Source: a bacterium (GTDB lineage: Bacteria; Spirochaetota; Spirochaetia; Treponematales; Rectinemataceae). From it: a stretch of 64,000 nucleotides of DNA. Position 1 is the first letter of the stretch. Each line of letters begins with the position of its first letter. The position numbers were made by a program, and so were the translations under genes. The stretch covers positions 8,202 to 72,201 of the forward strand of contig JAJXZP010000146.1 in NCBI GenBank assembly GCA_021779995.1, written 5' to 3'. Shown in pieces: positions 1 to 10,042 of this stretch. Under the pieces are notes generated by a model. It did no database searches. It saw nothing but the letters and a program-made list of their open reading frames with translations, and was not told the DNA's origin.

Positions 1-808
1 CGATCCTCGAGGCGAGCACCGGAACCTGGATCAGCTGCGACGAGGCGCTGGATTCAATCTCCGCCTTGGCGGCGCCGAGATGGGCTTCGTCGATATTCTG
101 CACGAGCGCGAGCACGGTCTCGGTGTCGTCCTCGAAAACATAGGTCCCCGGAGAGGTGAAGGTTTCCGAGATGATCGTCCTGGCGGCGATGAGGGCGAGC
201 CGGCGAGATTGATCGGCGCCGGGGGCGCCGGACCCGTATTTTTCCGAAAAGCGCGCGGCGAAGAGGGCGACGGGACCCTCGATCGTCAGTTTCAGGAACT
301 CCTTGGTCTCTTCGATCTCGGTGCGCGAAAGAGAGCCCTTGATCCAGTCGCGGAAAAAACGCTCATAGAGCAAGGGCAGGTTGCGGGAGAGCTGTTCACG
401 GACCCAGACTGCGTACTTGCCCGTTTCGCTTCTCGCCTTGAGTTCCGCCCGGGCCTTCTCCAGGGTGGCCGCGAATATACCGGTGTCGAGCGGTTTCAAT
501 AGGTAGTCGAAGACATGAAGCTTTACCGCGGCCTGGGCATAGTCGAATTCGTCATGGCCGGAAATTATGATTATGAGCCGGTCGGGCAGGGCTCCGTTCA
601 ACCGTTCGATGAGATCGAGGCCGTTGAGGAAGGGCATGCGGATGTCGATGAGAAGAATGTCGGGTTCGAGCTCGAGGGCCTTGGCGTAGGCCATTTCGCC
701 GTCTTCCGCCTCGGCGATTATTTCGAGATCGGGAGCTATTCGTTCGACCAGCGAACGTATTCCCCTGCGTATCTTCGGTTCGTCGTCGGCGATGAGCAAT
801 TTCCACAT
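1..808 (-). CDS. Response regulator with CheY-like receiver domain (YesN/AraC-type family); C-terminal part runs off the window
   Basis: Reverse-strand reading from the ATG at 806-808 gives MWKLLIADDEPKIRRGIRSLV...DIRMP (receiver motifs). The frame is open to the window edge, so it is absent from the ORF track. Its start abuts the stop (809-811) of the upstream histidine kinase. Confidence 0.75.
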   Translation of the reverse strand, partial: MWKLLIADDEPKIRRGIRSLVERIAPDLEIIAEAEDGEMAYAKALELEPDILLIDIRMPFLNGLDLIERLNGALPDRLIIIISGHDEFDYAQAAVKLHVFDYLLKPLDTGIFAATLEKARAELKARSETGKYAVWVREQLSRNLPLLYERFFRDWIKGSLSRTEIEETKEFLKLTIEGPVALFAARFSEKYGSGAPGADQSRRLALIAARTIISETFTSPGTYVFEDDTETVLALVQNIDEAHLGAAKAEIESSASSQLIQVPVLASRI

Positions 809-2698
809 TCAAATATCCTCCTCCTTGAGCAGGGGGTGTCTGACGAGCACGACAGTCCCCTCCCCTTGGATGCTTGTGAAGGAAAGGCCATAGGGCGTCC
901 CGAAGGTGAGCCGGATGCGCTGATGGACGTTCTGGATGCCGTAGCCCACCACCGGCGCGCCCGAGTCGTCCTTTTCGATGACGGTGTTGAGAAGCTGCAG
1001 ACGGTCGTGCGACATGCCCGCGCCGTCGTCCCGGATGACGATTTGAAGCTCGCCTCCCTCGACTTTCGATTCGACGCTTATCGTCCCTTTCCCGCGGCGT
1101 TCCTTGACGCCGTGATAGATGGCGTTTTCGACGAGGGGCTGGAGGATGAGGCGGAGGACACGGTAGGAGGGGAGGGTGTCGGCGACGGAGACGCTGAAAT
1201 CGAACTTATCCTCGTAGCGCATCTTTTGTATGGCGAGATAGCTTTTCACGTGCTCGATCTCGTCGGAAAAGGCGATGAGTTCGCGGCCCCGGCTCAAGCC
1301 GATCCGGAATAGGGTCGTCAGGGAGCCCACCATGCTCACGACGTCTTCGACCCGGTTTTCCTGGGCCATCCATTGGATGGTGTCGAGCGTGTTGTAGAGA
1401 AAATGCGGCTTGATCTGCTCCTGCAGGACTTGCAACTCGCCCTCGCGCTTCGCCAGCTGTTCGCGGTAGACTTGGTCGATCAGACTCTGGATCCGTTCGA
1501 TCATTTCGTTGAAGCCTATGCCGAGCTCGCTGATTTCATCGCCGTTGCCGCCGGAAAAGCGCACCGAAAGATCGCCCCCTTCGGCGCTTTTCATCAGATC
1601 CTTGAGACCGAGCACCGGCTTGGCGATGGAGAAGGTGAAGAAAATCGCCGCGACGATCGCGAGCGCCATCGTGGCTCCGGCTATGATCAAGGTCCAATAC
1701 CTGATGAGGAGCACTTCGCGGAGCGTTTCGGAGAGCGAGAAGACGCCGATGGTCTGCCAGCCCGTGTAGCTCGAACGCTGGCCCAGCACCTGGTAATCGA
1801 GCCCTCCGACCGTGATGATGGCCGGGGACGAATACCCCGTCGGAACGTTCAGCGGTATTCGGTAGACGATGTCGTTCACCGGCGCGTAGACGAGCTCTCC
1901 TTCCGGATCCGCGATGAAGAGGAAACCATGCTTCCCGAGCGAGGTTCCCTTGAATATCTCCTCGATCGTGGAGAGCTTCATGTCCACGAGAATCTCTCCG
2001 AGGAGACTTCCGCTGCGGGGATCGGTGATGGCCTTGACGATGGAGACGACTTCCTCGGGGCCGTACTTGTGGGTGCTTCGCAAATTGCGGCCGATCGGAC
2101 GGGAGAAGAGCCGGACGATCCCCGGAACCTCGCTCGCGACCGTGTACCAGTGTTCGGAGGTCAGGGGATCGCGCGTTATGCGATAGAAATCGTCGCTGAT
2201 GGCGTCGTCCTCGTCGCTGACGACGAGGATGCCGGCGATTTCGGGGTGGGTCTTGGAAATGTGCGACATCGCCCTCTCGATTCGGATCTTTTCGTCCGGG
2301 GTCGCGACGCCTCTGTGCAGGAAGGCGAGCACCGTCCCGTCTTCGGCGAGCAGATCTATGAGGCGCTCCATCTCGAGGACGTGATAGTCGATGTTGACGG
2401 TCACCTGGGCGATCATGTGCTCGGCGTATCCCGTCGTTTCGCGCTCGATCGAATGCGCGTACAGCGAGGGGCCGACGATGCCCAATGAAAGCAGCGGAAG
2501 GAAGACGAGGGCGAGAAAGTAGAGCATCAGCTTGAGTTTGATGCTGAGGGGCTTTCGCCTTTGGGCCTGCGGCGCCGAATAGGCGTTCGCGGTCTCCCGA
2601 GTGTCGTTTCGAGTCGACGTGTGCGCGACTTCACGGCTGGTGGTCGATGTGCTTTCCTCCGGCCCGGACTGCATTGGATCGGCTCCGTGTACGTACAC
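809..2698 (-). CDS. Sensor histidine kinase, YesM/LytS-like (TM, HAMP-like linker, His_kinase H-box, HATPase)
   Basis: 629-aa ORF. It has a hydrophobic segment (LMLYFLALVFLPLLSLGIV), the H-box KPHFLYNTLDTIQWMA, and ATPase motifs ENAIYHG, DDGAGM and GYGIQNV. The true start may be an internal Met. Confidence 0.85.
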   Translation of the reverse strand: MYVHGADPMQSGPEESTSTTSREVAHTSTRNDTRETANAYSAPQAQRRKPLSIKLKLMLYFLALVFLPLLSLGIVGPSLYAHSIERETTGYAEHMIAQVTVNIDYHVLEMERLIDLLAEDGTVLAFLHRGVATPDEKIRIERAMSHISKTHPEIAGILVVSDEDDAISDDFYRITRDPLTSEHWYTVASEVPGIVRLFSRPIGRNLRSTHKYGPEEVVSIVKAITDPRSGSLLGEILVDMKLSTIEEIFKGTSLGKHGFLFIADPEGELVYAPVNDIVYRIPLNVPTGYSSPAIITVGGLDYQVLGQRSSYTGWQTIGVFSLSETLREVLLIRYWTLIIAGATMALAIVAAIFFTFSIAKPVLGLKDLMKSAEGGDLSVRFSGGNGDEISELGIGFNEMIERIQSLIDQVYREQLAKREGELQVLQEQIKPHFLYNTLDTIQWMAQENRVEDVVSMVGSLTTLFRIGLSRGRELIAFSDEIEHVKSYLAIQKMRYEDKFDFSVSVADTLPSYRVLRLILQPLVENAIYHGVKERRGKGTISVESKVEGGELQIVIRDDGAGMSHDRLQLLNTVIEKDDSGAPVVGYGIQNVHQRIRLTFGTPYGLSFTSIQGEGTVVLVRHPLLKEEDI

Positions 2699-2852
2699 GA
2701 TTGGAATGAGCGATTATAAACCCGAATTGGGGTATTGGCGAGAAAAATGTGGGTAGGGGAAGAATCGTATGGAGCCGGCCTGAGTCACGAGGGCTCGAGA
2801 AGGGTCGCCTCCGGCTCAACCGCTATTGATACCGGTGTCGGCACGTTCCCCG

Positions 2853-3764
2853 CTAGCGATCCTGGACGGTCGCGCCCGCGTTGTCGGGATGCAGGCTGAG
2901 GAGCCCCCACGGACCCGATCGCTGCTGTTCAAGCAGAGGTCCCATCCGTTCGGCGAACAGCGCATTCTCCCGGCCGCAGATCGCCATGATCGTGGGACCG
3001 GCACCCGAGAGGAAGACGGCCAGGGCGCCCGATTCACGGGCCGCCGCCTCGATCTCCCGGAAGCCTTCGATGAGTGGAGCCCTGAAGGGCTCGTGCAGGC
3101 GGTCGCGGCAGGCCAGGTCGAGCTTGCCGTAGTCGCGGGAGAGGAAGGCTGCCGCGACCATGGCGGCGCGGCCGGCGTTGAAGGCCGCGTCGTGAAACCC
3201 TATCCGGTCGGGGAGGGCGGCGCGGGCCTTGGCCGTCTCGAGGGGAAAGGGCGGCACGAGGGCGTTGAAGACGAGTCCTTCGTCGATGTCCGACCTGATC
3301 GTCGAGACGCGCCGCCCTTCGCGGATGGAGACCGCGAAACCGCCGAGAAGCGCGGGGCAGACGTTGTCGGGATGCCCTTCGATTTCGGTGGCCAGATCGA
3401 GCAGGGCTTGCTTGTCGAGGCTGCCGTTTCGGCACTCGTCCACGCCGGCGGCCTCGGCGGCCAACAAGCCGCCGACGATGCAGGCCGAGCTGGAACCGAG
3501 GCCGCGGGTAATGGGGATCTCGGCGTCGAAGCGGACCCGGAGGCCGCGGAACGCGAGTCCGAGTTCTTCCAGGCCGCGGCGATAGGCGCGCACGAAGAGG
3601 TTGTCCTCGTTCGCGTGTTCGGGCGCGCAGCCTTCGATGACGACGCCGTCGGCCTGCTCGACGGTGAAGCGGTCGTAGAGATCGAGCGCGAGGCCGAGAC
3701 TGTCGAATCCCGGCCCCAGGTTCGCGCTGGTGGCCGGAACTTGAATTACGACGCCTTTTTTCAT
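2853..3764 (-). CDS. thrB: Homoserine kinase
   Basis: 303-aa ORF. VPATSANLGPGFDSLGLAL and the GHMP-kinase loop GLGSSSA are present. There is a 4-nt overlap with the thrC stop. Confidence 0.9.
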   Translation of the reverse strand: MKKGVVIQVPATSANLGPGFDSLGLALDLYDRFTVEQADGVVIEGCAPEHANEDNLFVRAYRRGLEELGLAFRGLRVRFDAEIPITRGLGSSSACIVGGLLAAEAAGVDECRNGSLDKQALLDLATEIEGHPDNVCPALLGGFAVSIREGRRVSTIRSDIDEGLVFNALVPPFPLETAKARAALPDRIGFHDAAFNAGRAAMVAAAFLSRDYGKLDLACRDRLHEPFRAPLIEGFREIEAAARESGALAVFLSGAGPTIMAICGRENALFAERMGPLLEQQRSGPWGLLSLHPDNAGATVQDR

Positions 3765-5323
3765 GGCCGTTCCAGAAGCTCGAGCAGCGTCGATTTCATG
3801 TCCTCCGGCGCGACTACCCGGTCATGGCGTCGCGGTCTGTCGCGGAGCTCGCGCACCGCCTGGGGAAGCTCGAGGCCCGCGCGTTCGGCGAGGCGCTCGG
3901 CGAGATCGAGCTCGGCAAGGGTCGCCGCATCCTCGTCCTGGACCGAAGGGGTGGCCGGGCGGGTGGTTGAGGCGGCTGTCGGAGCGGCGGCCGGAGCCGT
4001 CGGCTCGGCCGCCGTGAGGCCGATGGCGGCGGCGACCGTCGCCGGAAACTTGAAGGGGCTGGCCGTCGCGGCCACGACGAGCGGAACCTCGCCGTCGGAG
4101 CCGCCGCGAAGGCGGTCGGCCACGGCTACGGCCACGGCCGTGTGCGGATCGATCAGGTAGCCTGAGGCGTCGTAGAGTTCGCGGATTGCGGCCGCCGCCG
4201 CAGTTTCGTCCGCCCAGCCCGAGCGGAAATCGGCGAAGACGGCGCGCTCGGCCTCGGAGAGCGAAAAGCTGCCTTCGGCAGCCAGCCGGCCCATGAGCTG
4301 AGCCGTCCGCGCCGGATCCCGGCCAGCGGCCTCGAAAACAAGGCGTTCGAGGTTGCTCGAGACGAGGATGTCCATCGAAGGACTCGAGGTCGTATAGAAC
4401 TCTCGCCTTCGGTCGTAGCGGCCGGTTTCGAAAAAATCGCTCAGGACGTGATTCCTGTTCGAGGCGCAGATGAGATTCCGGATGGGAAGACCCATAGCCT
4501 TCGCATAGCTCGCCGCGAGTATGTTGCCGAAGTTGCCCGTGGGCACGGCGACGTCCATCTCGCCGTTCGGCCCGAGCTTGCCCGAATCCGCCAGGTCCCG
4601 CCAGGCCTTGACGTAGTAGACGATCTGCGGGAGAAGTCGCGCGATATTGATGGAATTGGCCGAGGAGAGCCGCAGAGCTCGCCTTTCCAGGCTTCCGGCG
4701 AGCTCGGCGTCGGCGAACAGAGCCTTGACGCCGCGCTGGGCGTCGTCGAAGCTCCCCTCGATGCCGACGACCGCCGCATTGCCGGCCTCATGACTCACCA
4801 TCTGCAGACGCTGCACGGCGCTGACGCCGCGGGCCGGATAAAATACGACGATGCGTATCCCCGGCATGTCCGAAAAGCCGGCCAGCGCCGCCTTGCCGGT
4901 GTCGCCCGAGGTGGCGACGAGGATCACTATCTCGTCCCGAACGCCCAAGCGATCGCGCGCCAGACCGGTGAGAGCGCCCATGAGCGTGAGGGCGAGATCC
5001 TTGAAGGCCAGAGTCGGCCCGTGGAACAGCTCGAGGAAATGATAGGAGCCGTGCCGGGCCAGCGGAGCGACCTCCGGCGAGTCGAACCTGGCCGATGAGG
5101 TTTCCAGGGCCGCCGCGAGCTGCCTGCCGTCGAACTCGGGGAAAAAGGGCGAAAGCACGCGGAAGGCGAGGTCGGTATAGGAGAGTCGAGTCGCGCGCAG
5201 GGCGTCGAGATCGAGCGCGGGCATCCGACGAGGAACGTAGAGCCCGCCGTCGGGGGCGAGACCGGCGAGTATGGCCTGGGCGGCGGAGACAGGGGCGGTC
5301 TCGGATCTGGTGCTGATGTACAC
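3761..5323 (-). CDS. thrC: Threonine synthase (long form) with an Ala/Pro/Thr-rich low-complexity insert near the C-terminus
   Basis: 520-aa ORF with a GTG start at 5323 preceded by AGGAGG. The N-terminus (...GGLYVP) and the PLP-lysine context HGPTLAFKD are typical of ThrC. Confidence 0.9.
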   Translation of the reverse strand: MYISTRSETAPVSAAQAILAGLAPDGGLYVPRRMPALDLDALRATRLSYTDLAFRVLSPFFPEFDGRQLAAALETSSARFDSPEVAPLARHGSYHFLELFHGPTLAFKDLALTLMGALTGLARDRLGVRDEIVILVATSGDTGKAALAGFSDMPGIRIVVFYPARGVSAVQRLQMVSHEAGNAAVVGIEGSFDDAQRGVKALFADAELAGSLERRALRLSSANSINIARLLPQIVYYVKAWRDLADSGKLGPNGEMDVAVPTGNFGNILAASYAKAMGLPIRNLICASNRNHVLSDFFETGRYDRRREFYTTSSPSMDILVSSNLERLVFEAAGRDPARTAQLMGRLAAEGSFSLSEAERAVFADFRSGWADETAAAAAIRELYDASGYLIDPHTAVAVAVADRLRGGSDGEVPLVVAATASPFKFPATVAAAIGLTAAEPTAPAAAPTAASTTRPATPSVQDEDAATLAELDLAERLAERAGLELPQAVRELRDRPRRHDRVVAPEDMKSTLLELLERP

Positions 5324-5344
5324 GCGGTCCTCCTGCGGCAGGAT

Positions 5345-5390
5345 AGCAAAAGAGCCGGCTTCCCGAAAGGGGAGGGGAACCGGCTCTCTG
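5345..5390 (-). terminator. Strong GC-rich hairpin plus U-run (intrinsic terminator or attenuator) between the nitroreductase gene and thrC
   Basis: The minus-strand RNA reads AGAGCCGGUUCCC-loop-GGGAAGCCGGCUCU followed by UUUUGCUAU. The stem is about 13 bp (5351-5387) with one bulge. The hairpin lies only about 25 nt upstream of the thrC GTG. Confidence 0.6.
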
Positions 5391-5509
5391 CAAGGATTTT
5401 CGCGCCGCTATCCGAAGGCCCGCCGCGGAAAGGCCGCTCGAAGCGCGATCGGGGGCCGCTCTAAACGCGATCAGGCGCCGCCGCCTGGCGGACAAGCCGC
5501 TTCGTCGAT

Positions 5510-6361
5510 TCAGGCGAACTGCCACGCGGCGATGTAGCGCAGTCGCTCATCGGGGGAGCGGGGGGCGTCCCCGGCGAGGGACCAGGAACCGCGAAGCCCC
5601 AGCGCCGTCGCCGCGCTTTCGATGTGCCGCATGGCTATGCCCATGTCGAGGTTCTGAAGTTTGATCTCGCCCAGGGCCGCATTGTAGAGCCGGTCTTCCC
5701 GCAGGAAGAGGCAGAGGCGATCGGCCGATCGGTCGAAGAGCAGGCGCCAGGGTTGCTTGTTCGAGGCCGAAGGCCCGATCCGGACCGCCTCGAGAAGTTC
5801 GGCGAGCTTCCCTTCCGCCCGGAGCGCTTGCCATGAGCCGTCGGCGCCATGTTCGAAAAAGAGCTCGGCAGGATCCTTGCGCCGCCTGGAGCCTGCGCCG
5901 AGGCGGATGATCCGATCCTGCACGCCGATGCGGCTCGCCGGAGTCCCGACGGGACAACAGGCCGGAATCACTTCCGCGTCGTCGGCGGCGAGCGCGTGGG
6001 AGATGAAGGTCCGGTCGAAGAGACCGCCAAGCCAGCAGCTGCCGAGCCCGAGCTCGGTGGCCTTAAGGACTATCCCTTCGAGCGCGTAGCCGTAATCTTC
6101 CATGGCGCGCGGGCCGCGCTCGACGGCTCCGACGATAAAGGCCGGGGCGTCGCGGATCTGCCCGTAGGTCCCGAGCCGTCTCCCCTCAGCCCCGTCCTCG
6201 CCGCGTTCGAGGAGGAGAAAGCGCGGTCGGCCGCCGAAGGGACCCGGCACCGCTTCGAGGAAGGAGGCTCGCAGGGCCGCGGCCGCCGCGGGCTCGAGCG
6301 GGGCGCTATCGTAGGTCCTCACCGAAATCCTTCGGTGGATGGCGTCGAGGCTCACGTTCAC
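5510..6361 (-). CDS. Nitroreductase family protein
   Basis: 283-aa ORF with nitroreductase-fold signatures (RISVRTY near the N-terminus, SASNKQPW). It overlaps the tag stop by 4 nt. Confidence 0.75.
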   Translation of the reverse strand: MNVSLDAIHRRISVRTYDSAPLEPAAAAALRASFLEAVPGPFGGRPRFLLLERGEDGAEGRRLGTYGQIRDAPAFIVGAVERGPRAMEDYGYALEGIVLKATELGLGSCWLGGLFDRTFISHALAADDAEVIPACCPVGTPASRIGVQDRIIRLGAGSRRRKDPAELFFEHGADGSWQALRAEGKLAELLEAVRIGPSASNKQPWRLLFDRSADRLCLFLREDRLYNAALGEIKLQNLDMGIAMRHIESAATALGLRGSWSLAGDAPRSPDERLRYIAAWQFA

Positions 6362-6939
6362 GGCCTAAGCCTTCGGGGGCTTCCGCCGAGTTCGGCCCAG
6401 CGGAAGCACGACACCAGATGGTCGTTGACGAGTCCGATCGCCTGCATGTGGGCGTACATCGTCGTGGAGCCGACGAAGCCGAAGCCTCGCCGCTTCAGGT
6501 CGGCGGCGAGGCGGTCGGACTCCGCGCTGGTGGCCGGCACGTCGGAAGGGCTACGCCAGGCGTTGACGATGGGCTTGCCGTCGACGAAGTCCCAGAGGTA
6601 GGCGTCGAAAGAGCCGCGCTCTTCCGCTACCTCGAGAAAGGCGGCCGCATTGCGCACGGCCGCTTCGAGCTTCCTGCGGTTGCGGATGATTCCCGGATCG
6701 CTCATGAGCTTGTCGATGCGCGCGGCGGAGAACGCGGCCACCTTTGCCGGATCGAAGCCGGCGAAGGCCCGGCGATACCCCTCCCTTTTGCGGAGAATCG
6801 TGCTCCACGAAAGTCCGGCCTGCTGTGTTTCGAGGAGGAGAAACTCGAAGTGACGCCGCTCGTCGTGCACGGGCGATCCCCACTCCTCGTCGTGATAGGC
6901 GACATACTGCGGTTCGGACCCGCACCAAGGGCAACGTTC
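6358..6939 (-). CDS. tag: DNA-3-methyladenine glycosylase I
   Basis: CPWCGSEPQYVAYHDEEWGSPVHDERRHFEFLLLETQQAGLSW matches Tag. The start is placed at MERCPW (6939) rather than the ORF-track Met at 6999. Confidence 0.85.
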   Translation of the reverse strand, partial: ERCPWCGSEPQYVAYHDEEWGSPVHDERRHFEFLLLETQQAGLSWSTILRKREGYRRAFAGFDPAKVAAFSAARIDKLMSDPGIIRNRRKLEAAVRNAAAFLEVAEERGSFDAYLWDFVDGKPIVNAWRSPSDVPATSAESDRLAADLKRRGFGFVGSTTMYAHMQAIGLVNDHLVSCFRWAELGGSPRRLRP

Positions 6940-7090
6940 CATGCGGAACAAGATAGCGGCATCGACCCTTGGGGACAAGGCCGCCCGCGCACCCGCCACA
7001 GGCCCTTCCTCGCCGCGAGCTTCCGGACGGCTCCCGCGGGCTCGCTCCGCGCATCTCGACGGAGATCGAGTATCGTTGTATTTTCATATA

Positions 7091-8443
7091 ATGGCTCTCG
7101 AGATCGCGATCATCCTGGCGCTCATTCTCCTCAACGGCTTTTTCTCGCTCTCCGAGATGGCGATCGTGTCGTCCCGCAAGGCCAGACTGCGCCACGAGGC
7201 TGAGAAGGGCCGAAAGGGCTATCGGCTGGCGCTGGAGACGGCCGAAAATCCCTCGCGCTTCCTCTCGACCATCCAGGTCGTGGTCTCCTTCGTGGGTATC
7301 CTAGCCGGAGCCTACGGCGGCGCCACCGTCGCGCAGACGCTCTCTCGGACTCTCAGGCACGTTCCCCTCTTGGCCGCCTCGGCCGGCACGGTGTCGGTCA
7401 TCATCGTCGTCGTGGTGACGACCCTCGTCTCGGTCGTGCTCGGCGAGTTGGTGCCCAAGAATCTCGCCCTCGCCCGCCCCGAGCCCATCGCGGCCGCCGT
7501 CATACGCCCGCTGCGCGTGTTCGCGGTGGTATTCGCGCCCCTGGCCAGGCTGCTTTCGGGGGCTACGGAACTCGTCATCGTACTGCTCGGCGCGAAGGGC
7601 GCGCGAGAGCCGGCGGTGACCGAGGACGAGATCCGGGTGCTGATAGCTCAGGGGGCCGAGACGGGGGTATTCGAGGCGAGGGAGCGCGAGATGGTGGAGG
7701 GCGTGCTGTCCCTGGGCGATCGCCGCGTGAAGTCGCTCATGACGCCTCGTACCGAGGTGGTCTATGTCGATATGATGGCGGGACTCGACGCGGCACGTAC
7801 CGTGCTTCTCGGCAACTCCCGCTATGGCTACCTGCCGGCGGTGGATGAGAATCTGGACCGCGTGATCGGCATGCTGCCCGTCAAGGAGTGCCTGGCCGCC
7901 ATCGCGACCGGGCAGTTCGACGATCTGTGGCGCTTCCTCCGTAAGCCCGTGCTCGTGCCGGAGTCCATCTCCGCCCTGAAGGCCTTCTCGGCGCTCAAGG
8001 AAGGCGACGCGAAGACCGCCCTCATTCTCGACGAGTACGGCGGAGTCGCCGGGCTCGTCTCGCTTTCGGATCTCATGGAATCGATCGTGGGTAATCTTTC
8101 CCTCACGGGGAATGAAGACGAGCCGGAGATCATTCGACGAGATGACGGCTCCTACCTGGTCGACGGCTCTCTGCCCATCGAACGCTTTATCGAAGGGCTG
8201 GGGCTTGAGGGGGAGCCCGGAGGCGGCGACTACGACACCGTGGCGGGCCTGGTGCTCGACCGCATGGGCACCATCCCCCACGCGGGAGAAAAATGCCGCT
8301 GGGGCGACTGCCTCCTCGAGATCGTGGACATGGACGGCAACCGCATCGACAAGATCCTCGTCAGCCGATCTCGCCCGGCCGAGCCGGATTCCGCGTCCGG
8401 CGACAGGGCTGCCGACGAAAGGCAAGAGCGCGAGGAGGAGTAG
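7091..8443 (+). CDS. CNNM/TlyC-family membrane protein (DUF21 TM domain, CBS pair, CorC_HlyC domain)
   Basis: MALEIAIILALILLNGFFSLSEMAIVS is the classic DUF21 start. CBS-like and CorC C-terminal regions follow. The start was moved from 6941 to the ATG at 7091. Confidence 0.85.
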   Translation: MALEIAIILALILLNGFFSLSEMAIVSSRKARLRHEAEKGRKGYRLALETAENPSRFLSTIQVVVSFVGILAGAYGGATVAQTLSRTLRHVPLLAASAGTVSVIIVVVVTTLVSVVLGELVPKNLALARPEPIAAAVIRPLRVFAVVFAPLARLLSGATELVIVLLGAKGAREPAVTEDEIRVLIAQGAETGVFEAREREMVEGVLSLGDRRVKSLMTPRTEVVYVDMMAGLDAARTVLLGNSRYGYLPAVDENLDRVIGMLPVKECLAAIATGQFDDLWRFLRKPVLVPESISALKAFSALKEGDAKTALILDEYGGVAGLVSLSDLMESIVGNLSLTGNEDEPEIIRRDDGSYLVDGSLPIERFIEGLGLEGEPGGGDYDTVAGLVLDRMGTIPHAGEKCRWGDCLLEIVDMDGNRIDKILVSRSRPAEPDSASGDRAADERQEREEE

Positions 8444-8521
8444 GGAGGGCGCGGATGCGGGAGTTCCAGCCGTCGATCGATTGAACCGACGGCCGTCGAA
8501 CCACGCATGATCAATATCGCA

Positions 8522-8716
8522 TCACCACCCCTTTGTCATTCTCGCCTCGATGCCCGTGCGGCCGAGTACCCGGGAACAGGTCTCCCCGCGGTTCTCGTCT
8601 GGGTTCACATCGTTCTCGTGGCGGATCTCGAAGGCGTTCCTGGCCGTGTCGAGCCGGTTGCGCTCGACCGATGAAAACTCGTCGTCCCGGTCGATCATCC
8701 TGCGGGCGATGGACAC
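8522..8716 (-). CDS. Small hypothetical protein (about 64 aa), divergent from asd
   Basis: GTG start at 8716 preceded by AGGAGGAGGAAGG. Third-codon positions are mostly G/C, as in neighbouring real genes. I recognise no family. Confidence 0.45.
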   Translation of the reverse strand: MSIARRMIDRDDEFSSVERNRLDTARNAFEIRHENDVNPDENRGETCSRVLGRTGIEARMTKGW

Positions 8717-8774
8717 CCCTTCCTCCTCCTCCTGTTTTTGTCGATAATAACGAGCTCTTGAAAGGGGAATTGTC

Positions 8775-9875
8775 ATGCGGGTAGGAATCGTCGGGTGGCG
8801 CGGAATGGTCGGCTCGGTCCTCATGCAGAGGATGCGCGAGGAAGACGACTTCAAGCACTTCGAGCCCGTCTTTTTCTCGACCTCACAGGCTGGGGCTCAG
8901 GCGCCTCTCGGCGGCGGGAAGCTCCAGGACGCCTCCGACCTCGCGGCCCTCGGCTCCCTGGACGCGGTCGTCTCCTGCCAGGGCGGCGACTACAGCTCGG
9001 CCACGCACGGCCGCCTGCGCGCCTCGGGCTGGAAAGGCTACTGGATAGACGCGGCCTCGACCCTCAGGATGGAGCAGGACGCGGTCATCATCCTCGACCC
9101 GGTGAACCGCGGCGTGATCGACGCCGCGCTCAAGGAAGGCAAAAAGGACTTCATCGGCGGCAACTGCACGGTGAGCCTCATGCTCATGGGCCTAGTCGGC
9201 CTCTTCCGCTCGGGCCTCGTGGAGTGGGTCAGCTCGATGACCTACCAGGCCGCCTCGGGCGCCGGCGCAGCCAACATGCGCGAGCTCCTCGTGCAGATGG
9301 GCGAGCTCCACGGCGTCGCGGCCGAAGCCCTCGCGGACCCCTCCTCGGCCATTCTCGACATCGACCGCGCCGTCTCGGACAAGCTCCGCGACGGCAGCAT
9401 GACAACTGCGGCCTTCGGCTTCCCCCTCGCCGGCTCCGTCCTCCCCTGGATCGACAAGGAGTTCCCCGAGGGCCAGAGCAAGGAAGAGTGGAAGGGCTTC
9501 GTCGAGACCAACAAGATCCTGGACACGAAGCGGCCCATTCCCGTCGACGGCATCTGCGCGCGCGTCGGCGCCATGCGCTGTCACAGCCAGGGTCTCACGA
9601 TCAAGCTGACGAGAGACGCCCCGCTCGACGAGATCGAGTCGATCGTCGCCTCGGGCAACGAATGGGTCAAGCTCGTCCCGAACACCAAGGCCGATTCGTT
9701 GGCCGCTCTCACCCCCGCCGCCGTCTCCGGCAGGCTCTCGGTGCCGGTGGGGCGGCTGCACAAGATGCGGATGGGCGGCGAGTACCTCGCGGCCTTCACC
9801 TGCGGCGACCAGCTCCTCTGGGGAGCGGCCGAACCCCTGAGGAGAATGCTGCGCATCCTCCTGGAGCGGGCCTAG
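8775..9875 (+). CDS. asd: Aspartate-semialdehyde dehydrogenase (E. coli-type Asd)
   Basis: 366-aa [28 protein letters not shown] and [17 protein letters not shown] are near-identical to E. coli Asd motifs. Confidence 0.95.
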   Translation: MRVGIVGWRGMVGSVLMQRMREEDDFKHFEPVFFSTSQAGAQAPLGGGKLQDASDLAALGSLDAVVSCQGGDYSSATHGRLRASGWKGYWIDAASTLRMEQDAVIILDPVNRGVIDAALKEGKKDFIGGNCTVSLMLMGLVGLFRSGLVEWVSSMTYQAASGAGAANMRELLVQMGELHGVAAEALADPSSAILDIDRAVSDKLRDGSMTTAAFGFPLAGSVLPWIDKEFPEGQSKEEWKGFVETNKILDTKRPIPVDGICARVGAMRCHSQGLTIKLTRDAPLDEIESIVASGNEWVKLVPNTKADSLAALTPAAVSGRLSVPVGRLHKMRMGGEYLAAFTCGDQLLWGAAEPLRRMLRILLERA

Positions 9876-10042
9876 TTTCCTTTCCGATTCGCCCCGCTCG
9901 ACTGCATGCCACGCCCTGAGCCCGACCCGCTGGGCCGGGCATCTCGGGCGTAGGCTTGCCGTTTCGGACAAGAGGCTAGGGCCGAGCGGCAGGCCGGGCC
10001 TGCGTCGGCGCGCCGACTACCGGCCGCGCCGCCGGCAGAAAG

